From the NCBI RefSeq assembly GCF_009914755.1, contig NC_060927.1: DNA of 64,000 nt, one strand, 5' to 3'. Shown one piece after another: positions 44,467 through 61,799 of this stretch (its first letter is position 1; every line of letters starts with the position of its first letter). Made by a program: the position numbers and the translations under genes. Origin of the DNA: the human T2T-CHM13v2.0 reference genome, Homo sapiens. The notes beneath the pieces are model-generated. The model worked only from the letters and a program-made list of their open reading frames with translations, was not told the DNA's origin and ran no database searches.

Positions 44467-45489
44467 TTCCCTTCATATTTACTTCTTCTGTGGCACTGAT
44501 GCCTACCCTCCCTTCCAGATCCACAAGGACAAAAGCACTGGTATTGTTCATCTCAGACAATGAAAACTTAACACAGAACCACAAATTTTGCCTACAAAGA
44601 CATTGCCACTGGAAACTAAGTCTTCCCCTACTGGCCCAGTATCCTGTTAGCAGTTCATGGATATTAGCAACACCAAAATAATTACCATCATTGGCTAGTT
44701 ACTGAGTATCTCAACAGGCAATAATCCAGCTAGAACTCTGATACTCAGAGAAAAAAGTTCCAGCGTTGGTGTGTCTTGGGTGTCACTGCAGGAGCTTGCT
44801 TATGGCTGTGGGACCCCCTAGGAGGAGCAAAGAGCATGGGATGAAAGGAGCAGAGCTGCCTCCAGACACAACCTGCGGAAGAAACGGCAGGCGAGAAAGT
44901 GAGGGAAAACCTATGGTTCCCTTCTCAGATTTCTAAAATGAACCATCAAGGTGAAACAAGACATAAATTCCTCTATGGAAGGAGGAGAAGAGAGACAAGG
45001 AAAGAGAAAACGGGGAAATTAATAGCAAACAAGTTCTGCAACTTGTAGCAAACAATTTTCCCTCGGTAGATCAAACAACCTCGTGGGATCCATGAGGTAT
45101 TTATTAGAATGTGGTAACAGGTGACAAAGGTTGCATAGCTTGTTCAAAGTCGTCAAACTAGTCAGAGAGGCTAGTTTGATGCAACAAACTATGCAACAAA
45201 CAGAACGGTTGCATAGCTTGTTCAAGGTCATCAAACCAATGAGCAACAGTGGAAGACAAAGACCCATGTTTCCTGACTCCTAACCCCAGGGCTCCTGCTC
45301 ACAAGCCTCTGTGGAGACTGACAGGAGGCCCCACTAACCAAGGGTTAGGTCATTAGGTTTTGAGTTCCCATTTTACCAGTAACTTGCCATAAGATAGAGA
45401 TTAGTGAGGACTGTGACAAACTGAAGAAAATGTGGCACATCTAGAGGAGGCAGCTGCTATTCAGTCCGGGTGATTATGGCCATATAGGA

Positions 45490-45943
<454 letters not shown>

Positions 45944-46169
45944 CTAATAGCTGGTTCCTGACTGAGAGACCACATGGGCATGGAGGTATTGGTGCTATAG
46001 TATTATCTCTCATGCAAATATACTACTACTTTTTAAGTATATGTAGATGCTATTAAGATAAAATTTAAAGTAATTTGCATAATTAAATTCACAGTAGCAT
46101 TTTATAACTATTTTTCAAAAAAAAAAACTGACAGCAAAAATACAACCAAAAACACATGAATCTCACGTA

Positions 46170-46288
46170 TTTTTTTTTTTTGGAGATGGGATCTCACTAT
46201 ATTGCCCAGGCTGGTCTTAAACTCCTAAACTTAAGCATCCTCCTGCCTCAACCTCCCAAGCAGCTGGGACTACAGGTGTGCATCACTA
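46170..46288 (-). mobile_element. FLAM_A-like monomer
   Basis: ggagatgggatctcactatattgcccaggctggtctt...gctgggactacagg. Confidence 0.82.
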
Positions 46289-47056
46289 TCTCATACTTTT
46301 CTTAATTGAGAAAAAAGAAATTCTCATATTTAGAAAAGGTTGGGAATAACTGGACTAGACAATTTCAAAAGATGTCAGTCTTATAATTTCATGATTATAT
46401 GCTACAAAGACGTGGGAGACTAGGAAGGAAAGATAAGTTCCCAAAACACATCAAGGTATATACTTAAAGCTCAGAACACACATAGCAATCTTAGTGCCTC
46501 ATCATGAATGGTGAACCACCCAATTGCCCAAGTTCAAGAACGAAGGTAAAATAGCCAACAATACCAGCAATATTTGTTGATCTGCTTTTCAGGCAATTAA
46601 AAAAAAGACAGAAACAGATACACAAAAGGCCATCATTGAGTTTCTATGGCAGTGTAAAATACCAGACATTAAGCACAAACAATTGCAAATTCATAACCGA
46701 CTGGTGCAACTAAGAAACCTGTGACGCTAGAAGGCCAGGGAAAAATTTGACCTGTTCTAGGCTGGCCTAAAAGGCCTCCCCAAGAAGTGGAGATTTGACA
46801 GAGCTGAGATCTCACGGATCAGTAAGAGTTAAGTGGGATGAGAGAGATGGGGCGTTCCATCAAAGGCCTCTGTGGGCAGGAGGATGTGCTATTTTCAAAG
46901 AACTGAAAGGCCAACGTGGTTGAAATGAGAGTAAGAGCTTCTGAGAGTTCAGTGTGTGGATGAAGAGGCAACAGGAAAAAGAGCACTGAGGCCCTCTAAA
47001 CATGTTCAGAATGTTTGTGTCTTTACCTTAACATATAATGCAAGGCCAGTACCTCA

Positions 47057-47704
<648 letters not shown>

Positions 47705-47973
47705 TCAGCTCTGGGGTAGGGAGAAGCCCAGGATGGCTGCCAAGTTCGTGTCTTGGGCACCTCGTGTGTGGTAGTGTGGCTGACTGAGCTCATGTGTGGT
47801 AGTGTGGCTGACTGAGAAGAAGCAGGTTTGGGGCACAGATAAATTCACTTTAAACACTGACCTTATGTCACCTTTGAGTCATCCAAGTAGAATTGTCAAA
47901 GAGGCAGTCAAGAGGTCTGAGCTGGAACACAGGCTTGGGAGACAGAGACTGGCACTTTAAGATAGATTACAGA

Positions 47974-48273
47974 GGCCAGGCACGGTGGCTCACACCTGTA
48001 ATCCCAGCACTTTGGGAGGCTGAGGCGGGCGGATCACGAGGTCAGGAGATCGAGACCATCCTGGCTAACACAGTGAAACCCCGTCTCTACTAAAAATACA
48101 AAAAATTAGCCGGGCGTGGTGGCGGGCGCCTGTAGTCCCAGCTACTCAGGAGGCTGAAGCAGGAGAATGGTGTGAACCCGGGAGGCGGAGCTTGCAGTGA
48201 GCCAAGATCACTGTCACTGCACTCCAGCCTGGGTGACAGAGCAAGACTCTGTCTCAAAAAAAAAAAAAAAAAA
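47974..48273 (+). mobile_element. AluY, full length
   Basis: gagatcgagaccatcctggctaacac; gaatggtgtgaacccgggaggcggagctt. Confidence 0.94.
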
Positions 48274-48465
48274 GATCACAGAAAGTGTTGAGGGGAGAAA
48301 AGAGAAAAGCAGTCACCAAGGGTTGGACAAATCCATCCTTTACACAGGCATGGAGAAAAAGGAGAAAACCAAAAAGAATACGTTGTCATGAAAGCCAAGG
48401 GAGGAAAGCATTTAAAAGGGACAAGAATGGTCAACAGGGTGAAGTTGGAGAAGAATGCCAAGTCA

Positions 48466-49185
<720 letters not shown>

Positions 49186-49255
49186 CTACATTGTCCAGAT
49201 AGTTCACTATTCCATAGAGAAATGAATGTTTCCATTCCTGTTGAGACTTTATTGC

Positions 49256-49403
49256 GGCCGGGAACGGTGGCTCATGCCTTCAATCCCAGCACTTTGGGAG
49301 GCCGAGGCGGGCAGATCACGAGGTCAGGAGATCGAGACCATCCTGGCTAACAAGGTGAAACCCCGTCTCTACTAAAAATACAAAAAAAAAAAAAAAAAAA
49401 AAA
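49256..49403 (+). mobile_element. AluY left monomer only, with poly-A and TSD
   Basis: Y diagnostics; ends tactaaaaatac plus A23; TSD agactttattgc (49244-49255, 49404-49415). Confidence 0.92.
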
Positions 49404-50309
49404 AGACTTTATTGCCAGAAAGCCTTGAGTAAGTAGGTTGGGAATGGGGCTTCTCTGAGAATTTCAATTCCATTCCTCTGCATCATGAGCACCAGGATCT
49501 CAAGCAGTTATTTCACCCCAACAACCAATTGTATCCCATCCAATGAATATGCTTCAATGCTTTAGAACAAGTCAAGGTACAAACATATGCCCTCGGAAAG
49601 CAGGAAAGCTGGAAGGGTTATTCATATTAACAAATCATTAGTCACTTTTTAGTCACTATAAGAGTCACTCACAGCACTAAAGAGGCCAATCCCTTAGTTC
49701 ACATAAAACCCAACTCAATTTATAAATTGTGACCTCAAAGTCAACTTCCTAAAAATACATTTGGCATCTGCCTTTCCCTGAAAAATAGATCTGCTCCCCC
49801 ATTATCCCCACAATGATAGACTACATTAACTATGTCCTAATTAAATGTTCTAAATCTGAAATTAAACCCATTGGGGGAGTGTGGGGGGAAAGCCTGCATC
49901 TTCGTAAGGCTGCCCTAATTTACTTAGTGTCAAGGGCCCAATTGGCCTTTATACCTCTTTAAATCAATCAATTAGCTGGGACGCACCTTCTTACTTTCAA
50001 AAGGAGGCTGTAGATAGGATGAGATTTCATCCAGGACTTTTCAATATACAAAATCACAAGCATCAAAAGAATGTTTGTCCTGGGAGCTGCCAAGGAAGGC
50101 CAACTGATAGAGTGAAAAGGGCTCTGGACCAGGAATCAGAACCGTAAATTAGCAACCGGCTTTCAGGAGATCAAAACCATTATCTTTTCCACTCTGCCCA
50201 CTACCCCCTCACTTCTGTTCTTTTGCTCAGTGTGTGGCACCACCCCACGTTTGTATACCAGCAACCACATAGAGCCCGGCGTAGTCAGTTTTGTGAAGGT
50301 GCAAAGAGG

Positions 50310-50495
50310 GAAGGAGCCAGACTGCCGATGTCTGAATCCAGCCTCTATCACTAGCTTGAGCAAGGTGATTTCCTGGCTTTAGGTTTCTTATCTATAAAGT
50401 GCGGACAGGTAACAGTACTCTCCTTACAGGACTGTTGTGAGGATTAAATGGATTAATAATTCTAAGTACTTGGAACATCGCCTAGCCAACAGTGA
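50310..50495 (+). mobile_element. MIR
   Basis: ggagccagactgcc...gttgtgaggattaaatg. Confidence 0.7.
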
Positions 50496-51487
50496 GGAAG
50501 AGTTTCTCAATTTCATCATTCTCATCACTACCATCACTGTTTGACCTTGAGCAAGTCACTGTTCACTAGGGGTTAAGTTTCTCCATCAGTAAAATGATGG
50601 GGTGGATGAGCTGATCTCAGAAAGATTCCCACTAGCTTAACTCCTCTCTAATTCTTTGAATCCTATTACAACACCCTAAATCCTCCTAAGCTCTAAGACC
50701 AGCCACAGGGAGTGAACGTTATGCTGGTTCTTTCAGATCCTGAGGAGGTGTTTCAGCCCATGCAGCGGCAACTCCTCCCAGCCACAGGCCGGTCCTATAG
50801 TCCAGAGTCCAGCCCGCCAGCCTTGATTACAGATATTAGTTGTTCAGAGATCAAAATATTCATCATGCTATTCAAAGCTGTGGAAACAGCACAGGCATAA
50901 GAAAAGGTCACACTTTTTAGAGGAAAGAAACCAGAGAGAAAGAGATGAAGAACAAATCAAAAGACCAAAGCAAACACGACAGACCAAAAATACACCTTGC
51001 CTATGAGGCTATTTATTTAGCATCCTTCCTCTAATAGCAATTAAGAGAACTTCAAACTACAAGGTGGCTTTGTAACAGGGGAAATTTTCCCTACCTTGAA
51101 GCACAGCCCTCTTGGAGTGACTTCCCCTGTCTTCAAAGTCAGCAGAATCCTCCCTGGAGCACAAATGCTATGAAGCCAACTGTCTCAGGTACAAGTATCT
51201 TTCTTAAAGCATTAATTACCCAACATTTACATAACCTCCATTCCGCCCAAAAGTAAAGGCAGCATTCAGGATGATCAAGTCCCCTTTTCTTTTTGGCCCT
51301 CAGTTTCCATGTCTATAAAACGGAGGAGGGAGGAAGTCAAGCCACCTAATTTTCGAGTTTCCTGGCAGCATTAAAATTATAAGAATCTGTCCATGATTTG
51401 TACTTTGCATGGTAAGAGGTTTTATTTTGCTTTTTTAAATGAAGGCTTGAAAAAAGTTCATAGTTATTTGCCAATTTCTGCCTAAAG

Positions 51488-52120
51488 CTAGACTTCTTGG
51501 GTTAAATCCTCACTTTATTAGTAGCTCTGTGACTTTGGGCAAATTACTTAACCTCTCTGTGTTTCAGATTTCTCATCAGTAAAATAAGGATAATAGTACT
51601 AATAGAGTTTGGATATTTGCTCTCCCAACAACCGGTATCTCATGTTGAAATGTAATCCCCAGAGTTAGAGGCGGGCCTGGTGGGAGGTGTCTGGATCATG
51701 GGGCAGATCCCCCATGAATGGCTTGGGCCATCCCCCTGGTGACAAGCAAGCTCTCACTCTGAGCTGTTGAGAGATCTGGTCATTTAAAAGTATGGGGGCA
51801 CCTTTTCCCCCACTTTTGCTTGCTCCTGCATTCGCCATGTGAAGTGCCTGCTGCCATTTTACTTCCATCATGACTGGAAACTCTCTGAGGCTTCACCAGA
51901 GGCTGAGCAGATGCCAGCACTATGCTTCCTATACCACCTGCAGAACTGTGAGCCAATTAAACCTCGGTTTAAATTACCAGTCTCAGGGATGTCTTTACAG
52001 CAATGCAAAAACAGCCTATTACAAGTACCTTCCTCATAGTGTTGGTGTTAGGACTGATTTAGCTAACATACATAAAGTAATTAAAACCACACCTGGAACA
52101 CGGTTCGCAATATTTTAGTG
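51488..52120 (+). mobile_element. MIR split by an MST LTR
   Basis: gtgactttgggcaaattacttaacctctctgtg...taatagtac [LTR] agtaccttcctcatagtgttgg. Confidence 0.78.
51600..52023 (+). mobile_element. MSTB-like MaLR solo LTR
   Basis: tctcatgttgaaatgtaatcccc...gaactgtgagccaattaaacct; 5-bp TSD agtac (51595-51599, 52024-52028). Confidence 0.9.
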
Positions 52121-52496
52121 TGGTTATTATTATTTTCAAACGTTTTCCCATTCAAAGAGAAAATGTATTCAGAAGACAGTATGCAAGGACAAACACACAG
52201 CAGGACACCGGGTTCTAGTCACGATTCTGCCCCAAACTAGCTGTATGCTGTGGATGAACTGCCACCCTTCTCTGGGTCTCAGTTTTCAGAGCAGGCTGCA
52301 AAAGAACTTTCCTGAAAGTATTCAGATCAGAGGCGATAAGTTGATAGGCAGTGTTCTGTTTGACCTACAGTTTTAAACCCCATGGTGTTTCTTTAAAATT
52401 TGATTTATTCTCAATACTTAAAATCTGGAGATTTTTCATAAAAATCCACAACATCTAAAGTTCTATCAGCCCAGACCCTCGGCCCCGGGCCCTTGG

Positions 52497-52678
52497 CTGC
52501 GGTTCTTAAAGTGCGGTCCCTCAACCAGCAGCAGCTGCATCACCTGGAAACTCATCAGAAATGCAAATTCTCAGGCTCCATTCCAGAGTTACAGAGTCAG
52601 AAACTGTGGAAGTGGGGCCTGGCCATCTGTGTTTCAACAAGCAGGACACTGATACACACTGAAGTTCCAGAACCACGG
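52497..52678. mobile_element. MER5A hAT-Charlie MITE
   Basis: ggttcttaaagtgcggtccc...catcacctggaaactcatcagaaatgcaaattctcaggc. Confidence 0.85.
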
Positions 52679-53265
52679 CAGTGGAAGAACAACGGGCAGG
52701 TGTTGAAGGGCAGTGGCCCCATCAGAAAACAGGGATGAGAGGTGATCTCCATTTACCAATGTACCCTGCCTTCCTGGCATCCCTGACTCATACTGAGGAG
52801 TCGGCATTTACTGAGCCACCCATCACACTCATCTTCCTTACCGTCCAGTCCCTGGGAGGCCTTGGGCTCCGCAGCTCTGACCTAGGTGGACCATCTTTCT
52901 CACAACGGGGTAATGAGCCCGCAGGCACCATATGCCCGTAGGATTGTGTTGTTCCAAATCAAAACTGTGTGAAAAGCAGGCTGTGCACACCAAGGGCACA
53001 GTTGAAAGAACAAACTGTTGAGTTGCCTTTATTAATCACAACACAATCCGCGCAAGCAGCTGCTATGAAGAACAGCTGCAGCTGCTAAAAGGGTGATCTT
53101 GAAGCAGCCTAAAACAGTGCTTACAGCTGAATGCCCATCAGGCACAGGCAGACTTACAGTCTGCCTCACTCAGTGCCTTTCTCCAGGCCAGAAATCATCC
53201 CCTTTCCATTCCTTGTGACAGGGTGGGATGGGGTAGAAAAGCTGTTGTTTTGTTTTTAAATTATT

Positions 53266-53835
<570 letters not shown>

Positions 53836-53864
53836 GTATTGTAATATGAAGAATGAGGTGAGTT

Positions 53865-54050
53865 TCAAAGGATTTGAGTTTGATCCCACCTCAACCATTT
53901 AGTGACCTTGAATGAGTTACTTAACTTCTCTTGATTATGGTTTCTTCCTGTGTTAAAATAGATACAATAATAATACTTACTTCCTAGGGTTGCTGAGGAA
54001 TAAATCAAATCAGATTATACATATGAAAGCATTTTGTAAATTGTGGAGGA
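53865..54050 (+). mobile_element. MIR
   Basis: gtgaccttgaatgagttacttaacttctc...ctagggttgctgagg. Confidence 0.7.
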
Positions 54051-54439
54051 CTAGATAAAAATAGAGGCTTATCAGCATCATCCCATGAAAGCTGCAGTTT
54101 GAACCATAAATCATAAAATGTAGAAGTCACTGTTTCTGGCCTAGGACTATCAGGGGTAAAATCTGAGAATCACATGGCGACAGAGGGCCTTTTGAGGACT
54201 TGTAATCCAACTCTTCTACATTCCTCCTACTCCACCCCCGCCATCCCTGCATGCTATTAACAGGAGTCTAGCAAAAGTGTGGTCCCACCTGGAAAACCTT
54301 TACCCACAAAAAGCAGCTCACTAAATGCCAAGGCAGGCAGCCCCACCCCATCATAAGCCTTATCTGAACATAGACCATACCTCCTTATGGAGACCAAATT
54401 AAACTTGCTAAAATTTCAGCCACCTTGAAAGCTCCTTTC

Positions 54440-54830
54440 AAGTTTACCCCTCACCTCAGGGCCTTTACACCTGCTGTCTGTCTACCTGGAATACACTTCC
54501 ACCCAGTCTTCAGATGGCTGCTGCTGCTGCTGCTTCCATTTCAAACGTCTCTGCTTCAGAGAAGGCTTCTCAATCATTCTTCACTCTATCCTACCCAGCT
54601 GCCCACCATCATCATATTCTTTGCTTCTTGTTCTTTTAGAGCACACACCCCTGTTTACTTGCATGCTTAATTTTGTTAAATCCTCCAGAGAACAGAAGAT
54701 CTATGGAGGTAGTGGTCTTGGTTCTTATTCACTACTCTGTGCACTTACATAGTAATTGCACCAGTAATTACACTAGCACATGGCAGGCATGCCAACATAT
54801 GTTGAATGAAGTTATGAATGAATGAATGCT
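54440..54830 (+). mobile_element. L2 3' end
   Basis: cctcagggcctttacacctgctg...gttgaatgaagttatgaatgaatgaatg. Confidence 0.7.
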
Positions 54831-56364
54831 TAACACCATTCTACACACACTGTAGATATTCAAATACTAGTTGGAAGAGACGAAAGCCTAAACAAGACTT
54901 ATACCAACTCCCACTACTGACTTAACTCACAAGTCTTCTTGCGTTAAGGAAAAAATATAAAATATAAACAAATTGAACAGTTCCCCATGCCAGCTTTATT
55001 CATAGCAGCACTATCCCTAGTTATCTCTTTATCTTCTGTAGAGTGAATTCATGAAAAGGCACTTAAGTGGATGAAAAACAGATAGCTGTTTCCTGGAAAC
55101 AGGGCCTCACAGAAGGGCATAATTATGAACAGTTCTTAGATCACTCAGCTGGCAAGTACTTACCCAGGTCTATTGTAAACACTGTCACAAGCCCTAAGGA
55201 TGAGTTGGGCAAGGCCTAAAAATCAGACCTAGGGAATGAATGTCTATAGGGCTTGTATTTACTCATTCCACTCTCAGTCAGATTCACCCCCTATATACCC
55301 TTGGCTCAGGTGAAGAGCAGAGAAGTCCAAAGGGGAATGAAACCTCGCATCCCTCCCTTGTCTGTGACTATAGAATCAACCCCCTCAACCCAAGAAAGAT
55401 GGCTAAGAGTAGAAAAGTCTACAAGCTCTTTGCAGGTGATATACTGACTGCGGCAGAAGACACCCAATAGCTGGGTGGAGTCTTGATCTCCAACCGATTC
55501 TGTGACCTACGAATCAGTCACATCACCTCCCAGAGTCTCAGTACTCCCATCTAGAAATGGGGATTAATACTTCCTATACAACCTTTCTCAAAGGCCTGAC
55601 CTAAGGATAATACCATACCAAATGTGAATATTTATTGTCATCTATAAAGCATTGTGCAAAGATAAATTAGTATTGATCGCAAATAACAGTAGTTTCTAAT
55701 AATAAAGAATTCCTACGACTTGCGTTCCAGATTAACCATCCAAGTGGAGGCACTTGGAGGATGACTGATAAGCACACTAAACGCCATAATGAGAAAGATA
55801 ACGTGTGCCCACTGTGCATTCTGAAAAGCCCTGAGTATGGGCATGCCAGAGGTCTGCAAGTACCCTCACATGCCTGTGAAGAAACACCGGGGTCCACAAG
55901 GAAGGGAACATCCCTATGAGTCATGAGTTGCAGTTTGCTGTTCCCAGTCAACAAGCTACAGCAATCACTATGGACATTTCTTATATTGCCCTAGGATAGG
56001 TCTTAAGGAATGTAGAAAAACTTGCCCTACATCCCTCTGCCACATAAGGAGATAAGATCAAAATTTTCTGGACTCCAGAAAATGATAAAGTATAACTCAA
56101 TGGATTTTTAAAAATCATAAAGAGACAAGGTTAGAAAGTGCTAATTTCTCAGAGACTGCAATAAAAAGCTTCACTGGGAAGAGCTCTTTTAAAGAGTGAC
56201 TCAAGTCACATCACACTTAGTGAGCACCTACTATGTGCATGACCCCCTGGGTGCTGCAAAGATAAATAAGCCAGGTATTCTTTAAAGCATGGGAAAGAAC
56301 AGGCTAAGGGCCACAAAAGGGACCAGGTATTAGGAGGAAACACAGGAAAGGTAAATTTTCTTCT

Positions 56365-56681
56365 TTTTTTTTTTTTTTTTGAGACAGAGTCTCCCTCTGT
56401 CGCCCAGGCTGGAGTACAGTGACGCGATCTAGGCTCACTGCAAGCTCCGCCTCCTGGGTTCACGCCATTCTCCTGCCTCAGCCTCCCAAGTAGCTGAGAC
56501 TACAGTAGCTGGGATGACAGACACCCACCACCACGCCCAGCTAATGTTTCGTATTTTTTTTTTAGTAGAGACGAGGTTTCACCGTGTTGGCCAGGATGGT
56601 CTCGATCTCCTGACCTCGTGATCCGCCCTCCTCGGCCTCCCAAAGTGCTGGGATTACAGGCATGAGCCACCACGCCGGGCC
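56365..56681 (-). mobile_element. AluY/Sc-type with 15-bp internal duplication
   Basis: gtagctgagactaca|gtagctgggatgaca; TSD aaattttcttctt. Confidence 0.92.
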
Positions 56682-56792
56682 AAATTTTCTTCTTCTCAAA
56701 GAGATATAGGAAGGCTTCATGAGTCAAGTGGCATTTGAGCTGGGAGAAAAAAATAAAGCGGACATAAGGTGTCAGAAGGTCATCTGTAGAAC

Positions 56793-57960
<1,168 letters not shown>

Positions 57961-58099
57961 CTAAGCAAAGAAAGAAAGTGAGAAATTGGGGTGTATGTTA
58001 CATGACAATGTAGAACATGCAGAGACAGGAGGCGGCATGGAAAGGTAGGTAAAATCCTCAGAAGATGGCAAATAAGGTAGGTAAAATCCTCGGAGGTCA

Positions 58100-58460
<361 letters not shown>

Positions 58461-58934
58461 CAGAATGTGCTCTAAGTTCTAGAAATGCATCTTCTTTGGA
58501 ATAAAAAGAGATGAATGAAAGAAGCTAGGAAAACATCATTCTACAAGTTTCAACTTATAGCTCCTCTTTAAAATGTAGAGGACAGCATATTGATAAATTT
58601 ACTCCTAATAAAAGAGCATGGATCCCATACCATCCCTGTTATGTAAATGTACACATATGTCTGGGTATAAGCATATGTATAACACAGATGTTTAGAAGAA
58701 ATGTGCATCAAAATATTAATGGTGATTCAAGTTTAGGAGTGATTTTACTTTTTCCTTTGCATTTTCTATCATTGGAAAACGGGCAGAATTAGGCCCAACA
58801 TAGGTTAGGAGACTTAGGGTAAAACACATACCACATAGTACAAAACAGAGCTGGTACAAGAACTCAGAAATTCCCTTTTCTCTTACTATATAAAAACTTT
58901 CAGATTCAGAATTGAATGCACCTGAACACATGAA

Positions 58935-59080
58935 GTACATATAATGATTAAGCCCAACTTATATATTTAGAAACTGAGGCTTAAAGTCTGAGTGACTTGC
59001 CCAACGTCACACAGCAAATGTTAATAACTGGAGATTCAGAGGTAAAATCTGGGTCTCTTGGTCCTGAGTGCGGAATATTG
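58935..59080 (-). mobile_element. MIR
   Basis: agaaactgaggcttaaag...gtgacttgcccaacgtcacacagc. Confidence 0.7.
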
Positions 59081-60280
59081 TCCTTGTTAAAAGCCAGGGT
59101 TTTGTATTCATCCTGACCCAGGTTAAGTCCCACCTATGCCACTCACTTGCTGGTAAACTTGGATGAATTCCTATATTTTTCTAATTCTAGGGTTCACCAC
59201 AGTTTTTTTTTTTTAACCTCAAAGTGTAATGGTGATGATTAAATGATACAGTAAAGTCCTATTAAAACCTGTGACATAGTAAACACCCTTGTCTCACTCA
59301 CTATGCCTTTTTGTCTCTGTCCCAGGTGGAAGAACTCCACTATTACTTTCCAGGAGCAGACAGACATTATCTGCTCATTAGGCTCAGCAGCTTGGTTCTA
59401 GTCTCAAAAGTCAACTGGGATCATGCTCACTGTGCCTAGAACAGAGAATGCAGAACATCAAGCCTAACACAGGACAGGATGTTGACATGCTGAGCAGCTT
59501 GTTGGGGGATCTCTAGGGAATTCGGATTCAATAGGTCTGAATGGGACCAGAGATTTTGAATTGTTAGAATCTAATATTTCTGTGAATTAAAAAGGGGCTC
59601 AGCCTAACTGTGAGCAATGCATTATCCAATGAGTGGCATGACAAGGAATGACAGAAGACCCAGGACTGTCGACAGTTCTAGGCCTCTTCTCTCAAGGACG
59701 AAGGGCAGCCACTGCCCAGATCCATGGAGGGGGAATTGAAACCAATCCAAACTAGCACAAAAATGAATGTTTGGAGAGATCCCCTGCCCTGGATACATAA
59801 TGTTCTCAGAGATAGAACAAACTTCCGAGATGATCCTGTGCACTCTACAGATGCAGCACATAGTGAATACAACTCTCGGGAACTTTCCAAGCACATGGAG
59901 GCCCATAAAACACCAACGCACCATAAATTTCCATGGTAAATCCTGCTGGGGGAATTCATTAACAGAAAAGTAGCAATCAAACACTGGAAAGGTAGGGCTT
60001 CAAAATTACCCACTCTGGAGATGTAGAAAGTGCCTAAAAATATGGTAGGTCCAGGAGCACCACACCAAGCATTTACATCTTTGAAATGGCCACATGGCAC
60101 TTATTGGCCTGAAAGGAGAAACAGCCAGCAAAATATCCTGCTAGAGTTGGTGGGCAAAGGAAACAGGGGAGGGGTCCCTGAAGGCCCTTATGAATTTCTC
60201 AAAGTTTTTGTTCACCATTTTATCTTCAGAACCCTGCACGCTGATTGGCAAACACTATTACATTCATTAAGTATTTGTCA

Positions 60281-60659
<379 letters not shown>

Positions 60660-61101
60660 GAAATTATCTTTGCTCCTACAGACTAGGCAGGCTACTGAGT
60701 ATAGTATGTCTCACCCAAAAGTGATGGAAACTGATTGCTACTACAGTAAAAGGAACATGAGCTTCTGAGTCAGGAATAACTGGATTCAGTCTCCAACTCT
60801 GAATGATCTTGGCCTAAGTTCTTGACTTCTTTCTTTGAGCCTCACCATTTCATCTTTAAAAAGGGTAACAACACCTATTTCACTTCCAAAATAGGCATGA
60901 TACTTATGCTTACAAAGTTGTGGAAAAAAGATTACATGAGCTAATGGACTTAGGCAAAGTAGCTAGCACAATGGTCAGCACATGGTATGAGCCAAAATCC
61001 TCCTGGGCTACCCTAATTGTACTGCATAGTTCTTTCAGATGTCAAGCTGCAGAAATAATTCCAATTTAAGTTCACTGGATCTTCTAAGAAAGTATATTTT
61101 T

Positions 61102-61378
61102 ATCCCAGCACTCTGGGAGGTCAAAGCAGGAGGATTGCTTGAACTCAGGGGTGTGAGACCAGCCTGGGCAACATGGCGAAACCCTGTCTCTACCAAAAAT
61201 ACAAAAAACTAGCCAGGCGTGGTGTTACACGCCTGCACTCCTAGCTACTTGGGAGGCTGGGGTGGGAGGATCACTTGGAGCCCAGGAAGTAGAGGTTGCA
61301 GTGAGCTGAGACTGTACCACTGCACTCTAGCCTAGGTGACAGAGCGAGACCCTGTCTCAAATAAATAAATAAACAAAC
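61102..61378 (+). mobile_element. AluJb-type, 5'-truncated
   Basis: Starts atcccagcac; (AAAT)n tail. Confidence 0.9.
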
Positions 61379-61477
61379 ATTTATTTAAATAATAAACTCA
61401 CGTATATATTCTTTTTTAGTTAGCAAAGTAATTTCACATTCTGACATAACAGTTCTGAAAAACAATGCTTACTGTTA

Positions 61478-61799
<322 letters not shown>

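Noticed and set aside
49340-49362. ctaacaaggtg suggesting AluYb8
   Set aside because: The other recalled Yb8 left-arm diagnostics (gggtggatcatgagg) are absent; a single substitution at a CpG explains it.
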